A stretch of 64,000 nucleotides of DNA from Lingula anatina (Eukaryota; Animalia; Brachiopoda), in NCBI GenBank assembly GCA_051362555.1, contig CM120643.1:19782848-19846847 (forward strand), in the 5' to 3' direction. The position numbers were made by a program, and so were the translations under genes. The notes under the pieces were generated by a model that was given only the letters and a program-made list of their open reading frames with translations, was not told where the DNA came from and did no database searches. Positions 37,524 through 51,899 of this stretch are shown piece by piece. Positions within the stretch are counted from its first letter, which is position 1, and the number at the start of each line of letters is the position of its first letter.

Positions 37524-39967
37524 ATGAACACCAAAGGGCTGATCATGTTGAGCTTTGCTGTGGTGGGGTTGTGCTTAGTGGCTGCAGCCGCGGGAGAATC
37601 CCGGCGATTTGAGCCCAGCAAAACTGGAACTGGCAACAGGGGAGTTGTAACAAGTTGTGGAGGTAATGAATGAAATATTTTAGCTTCTTCAATTTCTACT
37701 AAAATCATTATTATATACAATCTTATTGGGGTTGGGGTTAGAAACTGTGGACCACTCGTGACCTGAAAATTGACGAAATGCGCATTAAATTTTACGGCAC
37801 CAGGAAGAAATGTTAGATAATCGTTTTACTAGCGAATCCTTATTTGTAGGTAGATTGCGGAAGCTTTTCTTTTTCTTTTTTTTTCAGGCCAGAAATTTTC
37901 TGCATGGTTTTCTCCCACTAGAGTGCGTGATGGTGACAACGTAACGTTCCACATGACTATCACGCCAGGTGAGTGGCGAGGAATTGAAATGCAGGAGGGA
38001 GAGAGGGAGGGTGGGGGTGTGAGAGAGGAGGTATTATGTGACAAAGGCTAAAAGTAAGCGAGTGCGTGTTGCCTTAGTGTAACGCAAAGTGCGTGAATGT
38101 AATGTTCGGATATTTTCCGGACGCACACATAGGCCCAATTCCCATCGACACCATCGGTTTACGTGGATCGGCCCAACTCCGCGAGGACTCTCGCTGAATG
38201 CAAACAGTTGGAGAGATTTACACGTCTTCTCCTGGCGTTCTGTAGAATACAGAAAACGCTGGTGATTATACGAATACGCAGGAAACAATAGGAGGCGTGC
38301 CACTCAGTTCCCGCAGAGTTGGGTAGATCTACGCAGACTGATGGTGTGTTTATGGACATGGGGTCATATAGCAACTTAATAACACATTTTACACATTCTT
38401 AGTTTGCATTCACACAGAAAACGTAAAGAGACAGACAGACGCGCGCGCGCGCACGCGCGCGCGCGTCTTTGTTAATCCAATCATCAACAACGTTCTGATT
38501 TAGAAAAAGTCAACCAACTTGAACTTTCTGTGCAACTCAAAATAATAGGCCGTAATTGTATATCTCCTATTATTTCTCTGTTTCAGATATTGGCTTATCA
38601 GCTGGTCGTTATAGCCTCGACATTTATTTACCAAAAACAAAGTATCCTATGATTGGTTACGAGGACAGAGCCAACTGCAATTCTCTCAAACCGTCTCTTG
38701 CTAAATTTTGTCCTTTGCAGGCAGGCAGTAAGTCATGGTGCATTATGTTTTTTTTTAAGTTTGCTAACGTTTTGCGTAGATAAACTAATAAATAAATTTT
38801 CATAATGATGCATCACGTTATAAAGTTTGATAGGATATTACATCGTTTTAGTCGATCTTCATAGATGCAACGTTATGATAACTTATTTATTTCTCAAAGA
38901 TCTTTACGGTGATTTGATATGGATTTTCAGAGGAGATATACTAGCAGCCTACATTTCCTGTGCGTTGGTCTGACCTGAGTGATCTTAATTGTCTTGAACA
39001 AATCCTATGGATTGAGTTTTATTTGGCTAAATTAGTGGTTGCTCTACCAAAGTCGAATCTTTGGGTAATAAGAACCAATTATCTGGCTTAAAAGTATCAG
39101 GGTTATGCGGAGCCGACTGTTTTCTGACTTTTACCATTTCTATTTCCAGGAACGTATGATGAAACCTCTTGGGTGATTGCCAATTTGGCTGTCTTTGGCG
39201 TTCCCCTGGTAAGTTAACTTGCCACAGTGACGTTGATATGAAAATGTCATCTTTCTATCTATCTAAGCCTATCCGTCTGTCAATTTATCATTGTGCATGT
39301 AATTTCTAGACACAATGCATTCATTTGTTTTTGTTCCTTTTGCAATGAACGTTTTTCGGTAATCATATAGAATTTGGGTTTTGATTATCAATTGTGCCCG
39401 TTGTCAGCACAGCGTTAGATCGCAAGTAGCCTACGCTTCATACCAGGTACATGTGTTGTGAATGAAAAGCAGCAAATTTTAATTTTGTCCAGGAAGGTTT
39501 TATTTCAAAACATGTTTCAGCAATATAAATGCATTTAGAAATAACCGTAATGGGGTGATAAAAATGAGGGAGGCGGCACAGTGTCATGTTAGTAATCGAC
39601 AGCCATGAGTGAATAAGGAGCGGAAAGTGTTTTGTAGAGTTACTGAGTTGATTTACATGCTCTTATGATACTTACAAAACTGCGTGTAATGTAAACGAGA
39701 GAAGGTCCATAGAGGAGGTAAAGATAGAAATGGAAATTAAGCGGCCCGGGTACCAACTGGGAAGTATTTAATAAATAATCTGGAAGAGTATATTTACTAC
39801 CTCGCGCATCAACAAAAGATAAAGACAACATCTTCGTCACAATAAGAATGTCTTTAACGTTACGCTCTTTTTTTTTTCAGGGCGATTACTTTGTTCGTGC
39901 TCAATTCTGGAACGAGAGAGGCCAACTATTTATTTGCGCAGAGGCGAATGTGTCGATCATACCATAG
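37524..39967 (+). CDS. Secreted ML-domain (NPC2/MD-2/PG-PI transfer protein-like) lipid-recognition protein A, 168 aa
   Basis: Exons 37524-37662, 37888-37968, 38587-38727, 39150-39208, 39881-39967; signal peptide MNTKGLIMLSFAVVGLCLVAAAAG; ML signature SCG...SPTRVRDGDNVTF...C...FCPLQAGRTY...PLGDYFVRAQFWNERGQLFICAEANVSI. Confidence 0.88.
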
Positions 39968-40974
39968 CACAATGTACATGTGTACATATTTCATTATTCC
40001 TGAGTACTTTCTGCATGCTAAGATAATTCACGCTATCAATGAATTATCAAGATTTTAAAAATTGTTTAAAATCACCCCGTATATCAGTCCACTGGTAGTA
40101 TTTTGCTTCTCCTCCAGCCAGAATATAATTATAAAAGATCATGAGATTCCCTTTTTTGCCGTGTCATATTTATATTTTGTGAACGATACTAGTGTGCTGA
40201 TAAAAAGAGACACTGACTGTCAGAATCTGAATGTCTGTGTTTGAAATCTTACTCGTATCCACTGCTTGAAATGATGTTAAGTTTGTTATATATGTAATAA
40301 AAACATCACTCAAAAAGTTGTATGTGTTAATTCCGGCTGCCTTCTACGTATCCTTATTCAAGTGTTTTTCTAACTTTTTTCTGTCCATGAACTGCATCAA
40401 ATCATTTATGATAAACATACAAATATCAACCGCCTACTTGTGTAACCTTAGAAGCCTTACAAATATTTTCGAAAACGGGATACTTTGTTTTTTTTAGGTT
40501 TAATGAATGTCATTTCTTTGTAGATCGACTGTTATTCAGTACTGTTGTAAAGTTTGTGACAAACTTTCACTAATTGCAGGTAAATCAAATAAGTACTGGT
40601 AAATGAATAGGGAGTGACTGAGTGAAAGTTAAATTTGTTTATGAGTCAACGTGTGTAGAGACTGTTTCAGTGTCAGGAAAATATGAAAAAGGTCAAAGTC
40701 ACATATATTTTAATTCGATAGGTTAATTTCACAATGAAACAAGAAAGGCCCACTACTTATTTGTGGAGGGTTGACCATGTCGATCATACCATATAGGAAA
40801 ACAAACGTACACCTAATATTTTATCGAAAATAACAGACATCCTCCTGTTTAGTACAATACAGAAAATCCGGTGATCATACGAATACGTTGGAAACAAGAG
40901 GAGGCGTGTAAGCCTGTTAACATGACTGCATTCAACAAGCGCCCCCGTGAATTTGGTGCACACTAGGTAGTACA

Positions 40975-41280
40975 ACAGATTCATCGTAAACACACCAATA
41001 CAGAAATAAGGGTGCACTCATTTGGCTGTCTCACCTAACAAAATCACTATTTGTATCTATAAATGGTCAATTTGCTTCAGTCATGGTAGTATAACCAGTT
41101 ATGCTCACATGCTTCATTGCAGCAAAGCATCATAAAAATGCATTAAAACTGGCTCAGTGACCCAATATAAACAGGCTTTTATACAGACTGATAGAACTGT
41201 TACCAAAAACTACTGTATATCACAAAAAAATGTCATTTTTTAAATCTTCTAATGTCTTCACTCTGCTTGTTAGCTCACCT
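40975..41280 (-). pseudogene. Relic of the TRAF7-like gene (intron 6 segment and part of exon 5)
   Basis: 40975-41215 aligns with ~31818-32022; 41245-41278 (TCTAATGTCTTCACTCTGCTTGTTAGCTCA) aligns with coiled-coil exon sequence at ~32691-32720. Confidence 0.8.
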
Positions 41281-42303
41281 GATGATTATACGCGTTTGAA
41301 ATATCAAAATGGCCGTCAAAACGTACACTGGTAGCAGACAGTGAAGAAGACTAGCAAAATCGACATGTCTGGAATAATCAGTCATTGCTCTCACGGATGT
41401 GTAAGTTCTTGCTTTGGTGAGATTTTTGTGCGCATAAAAACGCTGAGTCATCATAATTTATAAAAAGCTGCTCAACTGGGTGCCAGTAAATTTTGTTGTT
41501 GCCTCCCTATCCAAAATTGACAAACATCCTATGATTTTTCATTATGGAAAGTTTCATGCTTTAATCAACTTTAGCACAATTTCGGAAACATTTTGGACTT
41601 CGCCGCCAGACGACTTGAGCCATTCAGGAAGACTTTTCTTTTCTTATATACGGAGTATATCATGAAACATGATAAAAATCCACATGACACGTGATCATAG
41701 AAAGAGGAAGTCATAAGTTGGAAGGATTATTCATCGGTTTTACTTGCGTTTGTGCTTGCTTGGCAGATAACCTGAAGCTTTGAGAGACTTAGAAAGGATT
41801 CAAGATCATAGTTTTACAGTAAAAATACGGAAAGACACGTCTAAAAAAAAGGTGAGTATTATTATAAAATTGCCGAGGCAGAATTTACAGAAGCAGCGGT
41901 ACTATCGTGCTGCTAAAAGGACGTCTTTTTCCGAACCTTGATTTAGTAGTACTGCCTGGGTTGCTCTTTTGGGCCAAGTTTCATCAACATGCAAATGCAG
42001 TACCCCACTTTTTAAATAAAGCAGATTTTCAGGCAAGATCGCCTATGACAAAAAGAGAAAAAAATCTGATTTATGAAATATAAAGCGACCAAATAAAATG
42101 ATTTTTACCAACTACATGTTTATCTAGAGATATAAACTTTCATTCAGTTGCATGTACATATATATAAAGTAATCAAGAGGGAAGTAGTGGCGATAACAAA
42201 CTGTTTGTTTGACACGAATAAGTTCTGAATCATAAATTACAAAAAAATGATTATTATAAATAAAGAAATAAGATAGGAACATGTGTTATTCTGTTGACAG
42301 GCT

Positions 42304-43414
42304 ATGAATACCCAAGGCCGGATCATGTTGAGCTCTGTGATTGCCATAGTGGGGTTGTGCTTAGTGGCTGCAGCCACGGGAAAATCTCAGCGATTTGAGC
42401 CCAGCAAAACTGAAACTGGCGACAAAGGAATTGTAAAAAGTTGTGGAGGTGATGAATGAAACATTTTAGCTTCTTCAATTTCAACTAAAATTACTATGAT
42501 ATAGAGTCTTTTTAGGGTTGGGGTAGGAATTGTGGACCATCCCTGACATGAAAACTTGATGAAACGTGCATTAAATTATACGGAAAAGAAAAGGATTAGA
42601 CGCAAGATAAGATAATCGTTTAAATTGCGAATTCTTATCTATAAGTAGATTGCTGAAGTTTTTCATCTTTGTTTGTTCAGGGCAGAAATTCTACGCTTGG
42701 TTTTCTCCCAGTAAAGTGCGTGATGGCGATAACGTAACGTTCCACATTACCATTACCCCAGGTGAGTGGTGGGGGATGGAAATACGGGAAGAAGGGAGAG
42801 GGGGTGTGAGAGAGAGCAATGAATGACGAGGGTGGGTACAAGTGATCAACGAGAAAAAAAAACAACAGAAGGTATTTTGTGACAAAGGCTTGAAGTGAGC
42901 GAGTGTGTGTTTTCTTAGTATATTGCAAAGTGCGTTAACATAATGTTCTGATATTTGCCAGACGCACTCACAGGCCCCATTCCCAAGAACACCATCGGGC
43001 TACGTGAATCGACCCAACTTCACGGGGACTCTAGCTGAATGCACACAGTTTAACAGATTGACATGCCCCCTGCTGGTGTTATGTAGAATACCCAAAAACT
43101 GTTGACTATACGATTACGTCGGAAACAAGTGGAGGCTAATAATAATAATTTATTAAGATTGCAACCAAGTGTGTTGAAGTTGAACATAGAGTGTTAAGAA
43201 AATTATAATGAAAATAAAATGAATATATGCTTGAATAAAAATGAGGCGTGTTCTTTAGTTCAGCTAATTCACTAAGCGAAAGTCCTTGCAGAGTTAGGTC
43301 GATCCACGTAGACCGATGGTGTGTCTATGGACATGGGGTCATATAGCAACTTTATAACACATTTTGCACGTTTTTCATATTACATTCACACAGAAAACGT
43401 AAATAGATATATTT

Positions 43415-43455
<41 letters not shown>

Positions 43456-44852
43456 TTTGTCAATCCAATCATCAACAACTTCCTGATTTAGAAGAAGTCA
43501 ATTAACTTTCTGTGGAACTCAAAATAATAGGCCATAGTTTTATATTTCCTATCATTTCTCTGTTTTAGACGTTGGCATATCAGCTGGTCATTATAGCCTC
43601 GACGTTTATATACCACCTATGGAGTATCCCCAAATTACTTACGAGGACAATTTCACCTGTAAAACTCTGGGACCGTTTTTTGCTAAATTTTGTCCTTTGC
43701 AAGCAGGCAGTAAGTCATCGCGCATTATTGTTTTTTTTTTTTTTTGTTTGTTTGTTTGTTTGTTTTTGTTTTTGTTTTTTTTTAAATAATTTTGTGAACG
43801 TTTTGAGTAGATATACATTATACCAGTACTTTCCCTGTGCGTGATCTTAATTGTCTTTAAAAATCATATGGATTGAGTTAATTTAACTAAATTAGTATAT
43901 GTTCTACCGAACTCGAATCTTTGGGTATGAGAACCAATTAAAAGTAATGGCTTAAATGTGCCAAAGTTATATTGAGTCGCCTGTTTTCTTACATTTACCT
44001 TTTCTGTTCCCAGAAACGTATGATGAAACCGCTTGGGTGATTGCCAATTTGGCTTCCTATGGCGTTTCACCGGTAAGTTAACTTGCCACAGTAACGTTAC
44101 AATGAAAACAACATCTATCAATCTATCTATCTATTTAAGCCTATCCGTCTGTCAATTTATGATTATGCATGTAATTTCTAGACACAATGCATTTATTTGG
44201 TTTTGTTGCTTTTGCAATGAACGTTCTTCGGTAATCATGTAAAGTTTGTGTTTTAATTGTACCCATTACCAGCACAATGTTAGAACGTAGGTACGTTTCA
44301 TATCAAAATAAGAACATCTGTTAAAATAGGTACATCTAGCGGTTTTGAATGAAAAGCAGCAAATTTTTAGTATGTCCAGCAAAGTTTTATATCAAAACGT
44401 TTAAACGATATAAATGCATTTAGAAATAACCGTAATGAGGTGATAAAAATGAGGGAGGCGGCACAGTGTCATGTTAGTAATCGACAGCCATGAGTGAATA
44501 AGGAGCGGAAAGTGTTTTGTAGAGTTACTGAGTTGATTTACATGCTCTTATGATACTTACAAAACTGCGTGTAATGTAAACGAGAGAAGGTCCATAGAGG
44601 AGGTAAAGATAGAAATGGAAATTAAGCGGCCCGGGTACCAACTGGGAAGTATTTAATAAATAATCTGGAAGAGTATATTTACTACCTCGCGCATCAACAA
44701 AAGATAAAGACAACATCTTCGTCACAATAAGAATGTCTTTAACGTTATGCTCTTTTTTTTTTCAGGGCGATTACTTTGTTCGTGCTCGATTATGGAACGA
44801 GAAAGGCCAACTATTTATTTGTGGCGAGGTGAACGTGTCGATCAAACCATAG
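42304..44852 (+). CDS. Secreted ML-domain lipid-recognition protein B, 170 aa
   Basis: Exons 42304-42448, 42681-42761, 43569-43709, 44014-44072, 44766-44852; open frame with the same four mature-domain Cys as paralogue A. Confidence 0.88.
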
Positions 44853-45338
44853 CAAAATGTACACTTCTACACTTGGGAATCATTATTCCTGTGTATTTTC
44901 TGCATGCTGAGATGATTCATGGTGTCAATTAATAATCAAGATTTTAAAAATTTGTTTTAAATTAGTCCAATGGCAGTGATTTTGCTTCTCCTCTAGCCAG
45001 AATATAAAAGATCATAATTGCCGTTCTTTGGCGTGTGATATTTTGTGAACGATGCTAGTGTGCTGATAAAAATCTGAATGACTGTAATGAAAGTCTTACT
45101 CGTATCCACTGCTTGGTTTAATCTAAGATCTAATAAACGGAATATTAGATCTTAGGTTTAATGTTGAATTTGTTATATGTAATAAAAATAATCACTCAAA
45201 AAGTTGTTATGTGTTAATTCCACTCGCCTTATTCTTACTCTTATTCAAGTCTTGTTGTTTTTCTCTCTTCTGCCCATCACCTGCGTCATATTATTCATGA
45301 TAAACACATGAAAATTAACCGCCTACTTGTAAACACAC

Positions 45339-45382
<44 letters not shown>

Positions 45383-45752
45383 AAGTGAATAAAATTCAAA
45401 ATAAAATGATCTGCACCGATGAATTTATAAATAACGAAAACAGCAGTGGTTATTAAAGCCCAACAGGTTTCAAATACTAGTATGTATCATCGGGGGGGGG
45501 GGGATAGAATATGAATATGAATATGAATGAATACAATATGAAGGCTAGCTTTTTGCCCTAACGTTTCAACATGCAGTCAAAGGTATATGAAAATTAATCG
45601 ATGGAAAAACAGGTACGGGTACATGAATAAAAGGATTTATGCACCTCTCGCATTGATCATTAACGTTATGTACAGGTCTCTGCCAATAGATTCAATTGAA
45701 GGTAAGGATGCAACTTAGATAAACGTACCGAATAAGTAAACTCTCTCTCTCT

Positions 45753-45794
<42 letters not shown>

Positions 45795-45949
45795 GGTGCA
45801 TTTTCCACATTTGAAAATATTTAGACAACAAATAGTTGTATTAGATAAATGCAAATGGAATTCAGATGTGCAAAAATATAGACATGCACGAGGGCGCAAG
45901 CTACTTCACATTTTTAACCCCCCCCCAAAAAAAAACTCCCTGCCCACTC

Positions 45950-46000
<51 letters not shown>

Positions 46001-46489
46001 TGTGCTTACAACAGTACTATATGTGACATCTATAATAAATCTATAATAAATAATTCAACGGAGTGTAATGCAATCTTAGTCACGGAGGCTTATTATAAAG
46101 TGGAGGTAGAACCCAGCTCTTGGTTTACCCAGGCACCTATCGGTCTCTTGTGGTTCATCAAATCTTAATTAAAGGTGAAAACAAAGTGCACGTAGTCCTT
46201 GTTTAATTAAGTGTTGGCACAGTTTGCAAACACTGTACGGACGTTAGCATTGTCGGTGTAGCATGTAAATGTGATTTGTAAAGCCCGGGTGTGAATGTCA
46301 TGCACGGGGGAGATTGTTTGCTCTTCTTTATCGAATCTGCTGTAACAATACCAGCGCAGTACAGAGCTGAATCAACAACGACGCCACTGAGTGTATTGTC
46401 GTAAAAAGGTCAAGGCATAACGCCGCTTTTGTCCCCAGCCTACTAACCGACCAGATTGCCACAAAACAAAATCAAACAGGTACACAATT

Positions 46490-46705
46490 CCGAATAGATC
46501 GATTGGTTAAGCTTATGTTTGGTGTCAGCTGAGTTGACCCGATTCTGAAAAAGGCGCGCCCGGCGGATAGACTTAACCGATTACGCTTATAACCTACCTG
46601 TGATCGTGCGCATGTCATTGGCTACCTGTTTAATTTGAAGACCGGGTGCACATTTTTCATTCAGACATCGGGGGAGACACCAACTCATACGACGTTTTAA
46701 GTCAG
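46490..46705 (+). promoter_or_regulatory. Probable promoter and non-coding first exon of the MARVEL gene
   Basis: Local CpG enrichment (GGCGCGCCCGGCGG), two ATTGG (reverse CCAAT) boxes, perfect donor CAG|GTAAGT at 46705; acceptor TTTTGTAG| at ~51711 upstream of the ATG at 51900. Confidence 0.5.
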
Positions 46706-47416
46706 GTAAGTGCATTTATCTGTTTTAAAGCAACGATACTTATCTCCTTGTTTTAAACGTCTAGACGTGTGTTACGTGCTTGTAGGCCATAGTCATATTA
46801 TTTGCCTTACCTCTCTGAATTCAGTGAATATATGAATTATTACACATTTCAACGTGTAGTTACTCTGCCGGTTATCGTGTTCACCGGTATTTCTAACTTG
46901 ATCTCGACCCTGTATGTTTTACAATGCGACCAAGTGCTACTGCCTGCTACATATTAAACCATGTATGTCTTTAGATAGTCTACATGCAAGCCCTGATATG
47001 AACTGGGTGATTCAAAAGATAGAATGGAATGTCGGTGACATTACGCATAGCACTACGTGGTTGTATTTGCAGGTGTATACAATAATAACTGGCAACTGCT
47101 CCATATTGATGTATGCGCCATCAATACCTTAAATTACGTATCATCAATTAAATCATGGCGGTTTAATAATAAGTGACACGCAATGCTGTTATGGGTATAC
47201 AGTATATACTGTATGCAGTAAAGGATAACCTCATACATGTCTATTAAGTTACTGCCTGTGTACAATGCAACCGGTGTAAGTTGCCCCTGATACCGATCGA
47301 GGGCTAATGACTGTGGCTCTTGGGCTCTTTATTGTTACCCCTCCCCTGTAAGCTAAGGTCCACATCTTCAGAAGAAGAACTTCCCTTATGCATTTGCTAG
47401 CTACGGGCCTGCCCCC

Positions 47417-47494
<78 letters not shown>

Positions 47495-47683
47495 GTATGT
47501 CACAGATAATAACCCTTTCCCTTTGTAGACTACTACATGTACTAACGATCAATGTCAAAACCAGTAGCCCTCCTTGATATGAACAACCTACATATGTGCA
47601 ACCGATTCAAAGAGAGCTACTGGCTTTGACCCCCCCTCCCCCTCCTCACACCGGTGTCTCACACACAAACACACATGCGCAGG

Positions 47684-47721
<38 letters not shown>

Positions 47722-49752
47722 GGTTTATTCTGTGGACGGCTGGGAATAAAGAGTGCAAGTACGTACGGTGGGCGGAAGTTAGTCAGGTACAAGACGGCTG
47801 GCAAGATTTCCCGATATTGTAGACGATTTAATGTGTAAAGGGCACATTAGTCATCTAGCTTGATGTATAAGGACAAATTAACTAACACGCACGCTGCTAT
47901 GTTTTAACGCAAACAACCCCTTCACCTGGCTTTCATTGGCGATAGTTATAGTAGCTGTATGCAACCTGCTGTAATGAAAACGGTGTTATGTTGAGTCTAC
48001 ACATTGAAATTTCTCAAAATAGGCCACATCCATTATTTATCATGTTATTAATAATCAAACAGTTACCTGTAATGTAGGGGAGTTTTATATTCATTTTAAA
48101 GTAGAATCATAACGTCTGATTATGACCCACCCCTTTTTAAAACAAGGGAGAAAAGATTCTATCTGAGAGCCACGGAGGCATACGTTTTTCTAACTCAGAA
48201 CTTTAAAGTTCCACATACATCATATGGTCAGAATCACGTACAAAACAAAAATTTATATCACCAGTGGCAGGCACAGCAGAAAAACGGTGTCAGTCCATAT
48301 GTTTTGTGGAACATAATACCTTGAGTGACAAAGTCCTCTATAATGCAGAGACAAACGCTGATCGTAGTATTAACGTGCCGTGGGTATGTAGAACTACGCA
48401 GGACTGTCATTAGCATCATACTACCACTTGTAACGTCACGGCGGATATCACGGGACAGCGTGACTTAATGAATTTCCTGTAATATACTACACCGTGTTGT
48501 TTGTTTTTGTATGGAAATACTTTGTATTTAAACGAAAAGAAACGTGTCGAGTCATGCGTTTAATAGCTGATGCGCTTTTATCAAACAGCTTGACACAAGT
48601 TGTCCTAAATGTTTAAACTTGAGCTAGTAGCTTAAAAAGCTGGCTATCGAACTAGAGAAAGCTCACTTTGTTAAATCATTCTCCCTTGTTGAGTGTGGCA
48701 CTGTTTGCCAAAAGTAACACAGGAGGCTGAGAGAGAGAGAGAGAGAGAACAAAAGTTTCCTATATAATTCTGATAACGTTTTTACTATAAGCACTTAAAA
48801 CACGCAAAGTCGCAGTAAGACTGTTAGATGTTCGTATGGACGTCAAAACAACTTACTTACACAACTGACAACTAGACTATAATGATCTTAACAGCACTAA
48901 CAACACCATGATAACATTAATAACCTCTTGGAGACCATTCGCGTAGGCGTGGAATGTGTATGAGCTATGTAAAAATAATGAACCAATGCATTTGCAAGGT
49001 TTAAGATAATTTTGTTTGTGACTTAAGTTACTCATGGTGATTCCTGAATCGTCAAACGGCTCGTTTGATTTCAAGTTTATTTCAGTTTGGGATTTTGCAC
49101 CAAACAACACAGACAGAGAGAGAATGAGAGATTTTGTGTACTATTTGTATCCTAGTCCAAAAAAAAAAAAAAAACAACCATGCAACTTATGAACACCTCC
49201 TTTCACGTGAAATGTAACAAACCTTTGCATTCAGTTGATATAAAAGCAAAAGCATTCCAGGCATCTTTCTTCATTTCGCAAAATTTCACGCCGTGCGTTA
49301 CCATTTTGTCCGTAACAGGGTGAAACAATCACGCTATATAAAAAGGAAGTTGCGCGTTGTACTCTATAGTATGTCGATAAAGACACAATGGGCAACGAAT
49401 TGGGGTGGGGGGAGTGAGCACAGTGGACTATTACCCCATCGCCTAACTTCTGAGGTATCCCACTTCCCCCCGACAACACCCCCCACACACACACACACAC
49501 AAAAAAAAAGATAAATAAATAAATAAATAACATTATAACATGCAAAACAAAAAACAACAAAACAAATTTCCACCCCTGCGCCGCACACATTACAGTTAAA
49601 TTGTCATTGTCTGCTATATTTTATACGTCCCGAGCAAAACAAGGCAAATTTGTTATATCCCTGTGGCCAAAGCCTGGCTCACCGGCGACACAGGCGAGGG
49701 AGAAAATGCTACGACAATTGCAAGTTTTGCTATGAAGATAAATGAAGATAAT

Positions 49753-49755
<3 letters not shown>

Positions 49756-49823
<68 letters not shown>
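49756..49823. repeat. (TA)n microsatellite
   Basis: Direct reading. Confidence 0.95.
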
Positions 49824-49826
<3 letters not shown>

Positions 49827-51042
49827 GTTTCCTGGGGTTAGACCTGTGAAATATTGTTTAATTGACCTCTGATAAGTGGCGCCGTACAAAGTTGGAAGGA
49901 TGGAAAGTTTATACAGTCGTGTATCTATGATCTTCTCATGTCCCAAAGTACTGGAAACAAGCAACGGCAGGTTAACAAAATCAAAGAGCAAAGAATTCTA
50001 AATAAAACACAGTCTAGACATTTGTGTGTGAAAAATCCAGTTTTATGTATTTTAGGGCAAAAAAAGCATTACGCGTGTAGCCCAAGGCAAGATAAGGCTC
50101 ATAATACAAGCTCTTAAGACGGAAGATCACATGTTAAGATATAAAAACACAAAAGAAAGATTTAATGAAAACTAAAAATCAAGCGCTTCATCATAAGAGT
50201 GGGGGTGGAAGGGGGGTTTCTAAAGAGCCTGTTAAATATCAGCTCTGAATCAGAATTTGATCTAGGTTCTATAAACACACGTAGGTTTTGCGGTTAAAAG
50301 ATCCATCTTTACAGAAAAAGCCCCCCCCCCCCCTTTGAAATTGCTGTCTACAGGCCTGCTGTTTTAAAATATGTGGTATTGCAAAGTTAACTTAAGGCTA
50401 TCTTTACAAGACAGGCACATTCGGGAATTTCGGAAGTTAGGTTATATATATAAGAGGCATATACGGAAATAATGGAAAGGTGCCACTTCAAGATAACCTG
50501 GTAGATTAATGGTGAAACGCCGAAACCAACAGGGCTTTGTCTAAATGAAATGCTCCAGGGAAATTAAGGCGGCGGTGGCCTTGCTGTGAGGGTACAGCAA
50601 ATTAAATGAAAACTTACTTCTCGTAAAAGTGTGAGAAAAGTAGGTTATCAAGGACGCGCTCACAACATGCTTAGTATGATTGAAATCGATCGATCCACCC
50701 TACTGTACTACATGTCATTTGATGATGGAACTCTATCACTCTAGTGCAAAGATGTCACAAACTAGCTAGTGTAACTGCTTTTTTATCTTACTGGGTGAGT
50801 CTGTGTTTGCATAGGGAGCCTGCCCTGAACTCCGAACTCCGGAGGAACTTTTTTAATCCTGATATATTTAATTGTTCCTGTTAAAATTTTTTTAAAATTG
50901 CATGTAAATAATTAATGTTGTACGTGCAATGGTCATGGACGGTAGACGATTTAAAGCTTAATTATTCAAATGGGCCTAGGATCCCGCGGCCGAGTGCATG
51001 GGTATGTTTAGGCGGATCATGTTATGTGTGCGTGTGCGCGAA

Positions 51043-51100
<58 letters not shown>

Positions 51101-51899
51101 GGAGGGGAGACAAAAAGAATGTGCACAAGCACCTAGAGGAAGACTACTGTCTAATTATTAACAACACCAAATTATGGTAATTATGTATACCAAAATAGTA
51201 TGAATGGTACCAGTAAGTGAACTATATATTGTAAATTTTAAAGGTTAAAGTTTTTAATATGATTCAAAAGAGGCTCAGTGATTTATTATGAGTATCATAT
51301 ATGTCAAAACTGTGCTGACATTTCTATTACCCACGAGGCTGCACAAGGAGCACTCCATGTGCGACAATTTTCTAAAAAATGAAAATGTATAGCCAATTTG
51401 ATTAGATGACACCGATACAAATCTGTTGAAAATGGGACCCTGAGATCGGCTTAGAAAAACACACGCTAAAATTGATGGCGACCAGTATAAGAATAATGTC
51501 AACGAAAAAGCAAGTATATCATTTTATTGTGGAAGATCTTTCTTCACGGTCGGTTGAAATCCGCCGACCATCACTTGTAATGGCGCTGAAAGCTACTAGT
51601 ACCAGTAAATTATATCTTTCTCAGCCACTTGATTGGCGTGTAGGGTCTAATTCGCCCTCGTCTTTGACCTCCACTAGATATTTACGCTCTTTAATGGTTT
51701 TGCTTTTGTAGGGTAGAGGAAGAAAAAGCGCATCAAGTTATCAGTACGCCGGGAGGACTGACGGTTATCTGCGGAGGCGGGAGAAAGTGTACCTTAGCCC
51801 ACTCAAACACTTCACATTTTATACCTTGACTCATACTGTTGCTACTAGGCAGCGTGCAACATTGAGGGTGCTTTAAGGGAAAAAGAACAAACGCCCAAA

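Larger units (their letters stand above)
36470..45330 (+). repeat. Tandem duplication of the ML gene (36470-40440 vs 41610-45330)
   Basis: Colinear promoter, exons, introns and 3' flank; AATAAA at ~40297 and ~45181. Confidence 0.9.

Noticed and set aside
39640-39840. Identical 66-aa minus-strand ORFs (also 44525-44725)
   Set aside because: Non-ATG start, antisense within the ML intron; identity is explained by the converted tract and there is no synonymous-change signal.
45793-51180. Short ORFs with poly-LS, HT, YI or RE runs (similar ones elsewhere, including poly-CV at ~58970-59190)
   Set aside because: Translations of dinucleotide microsatellites.
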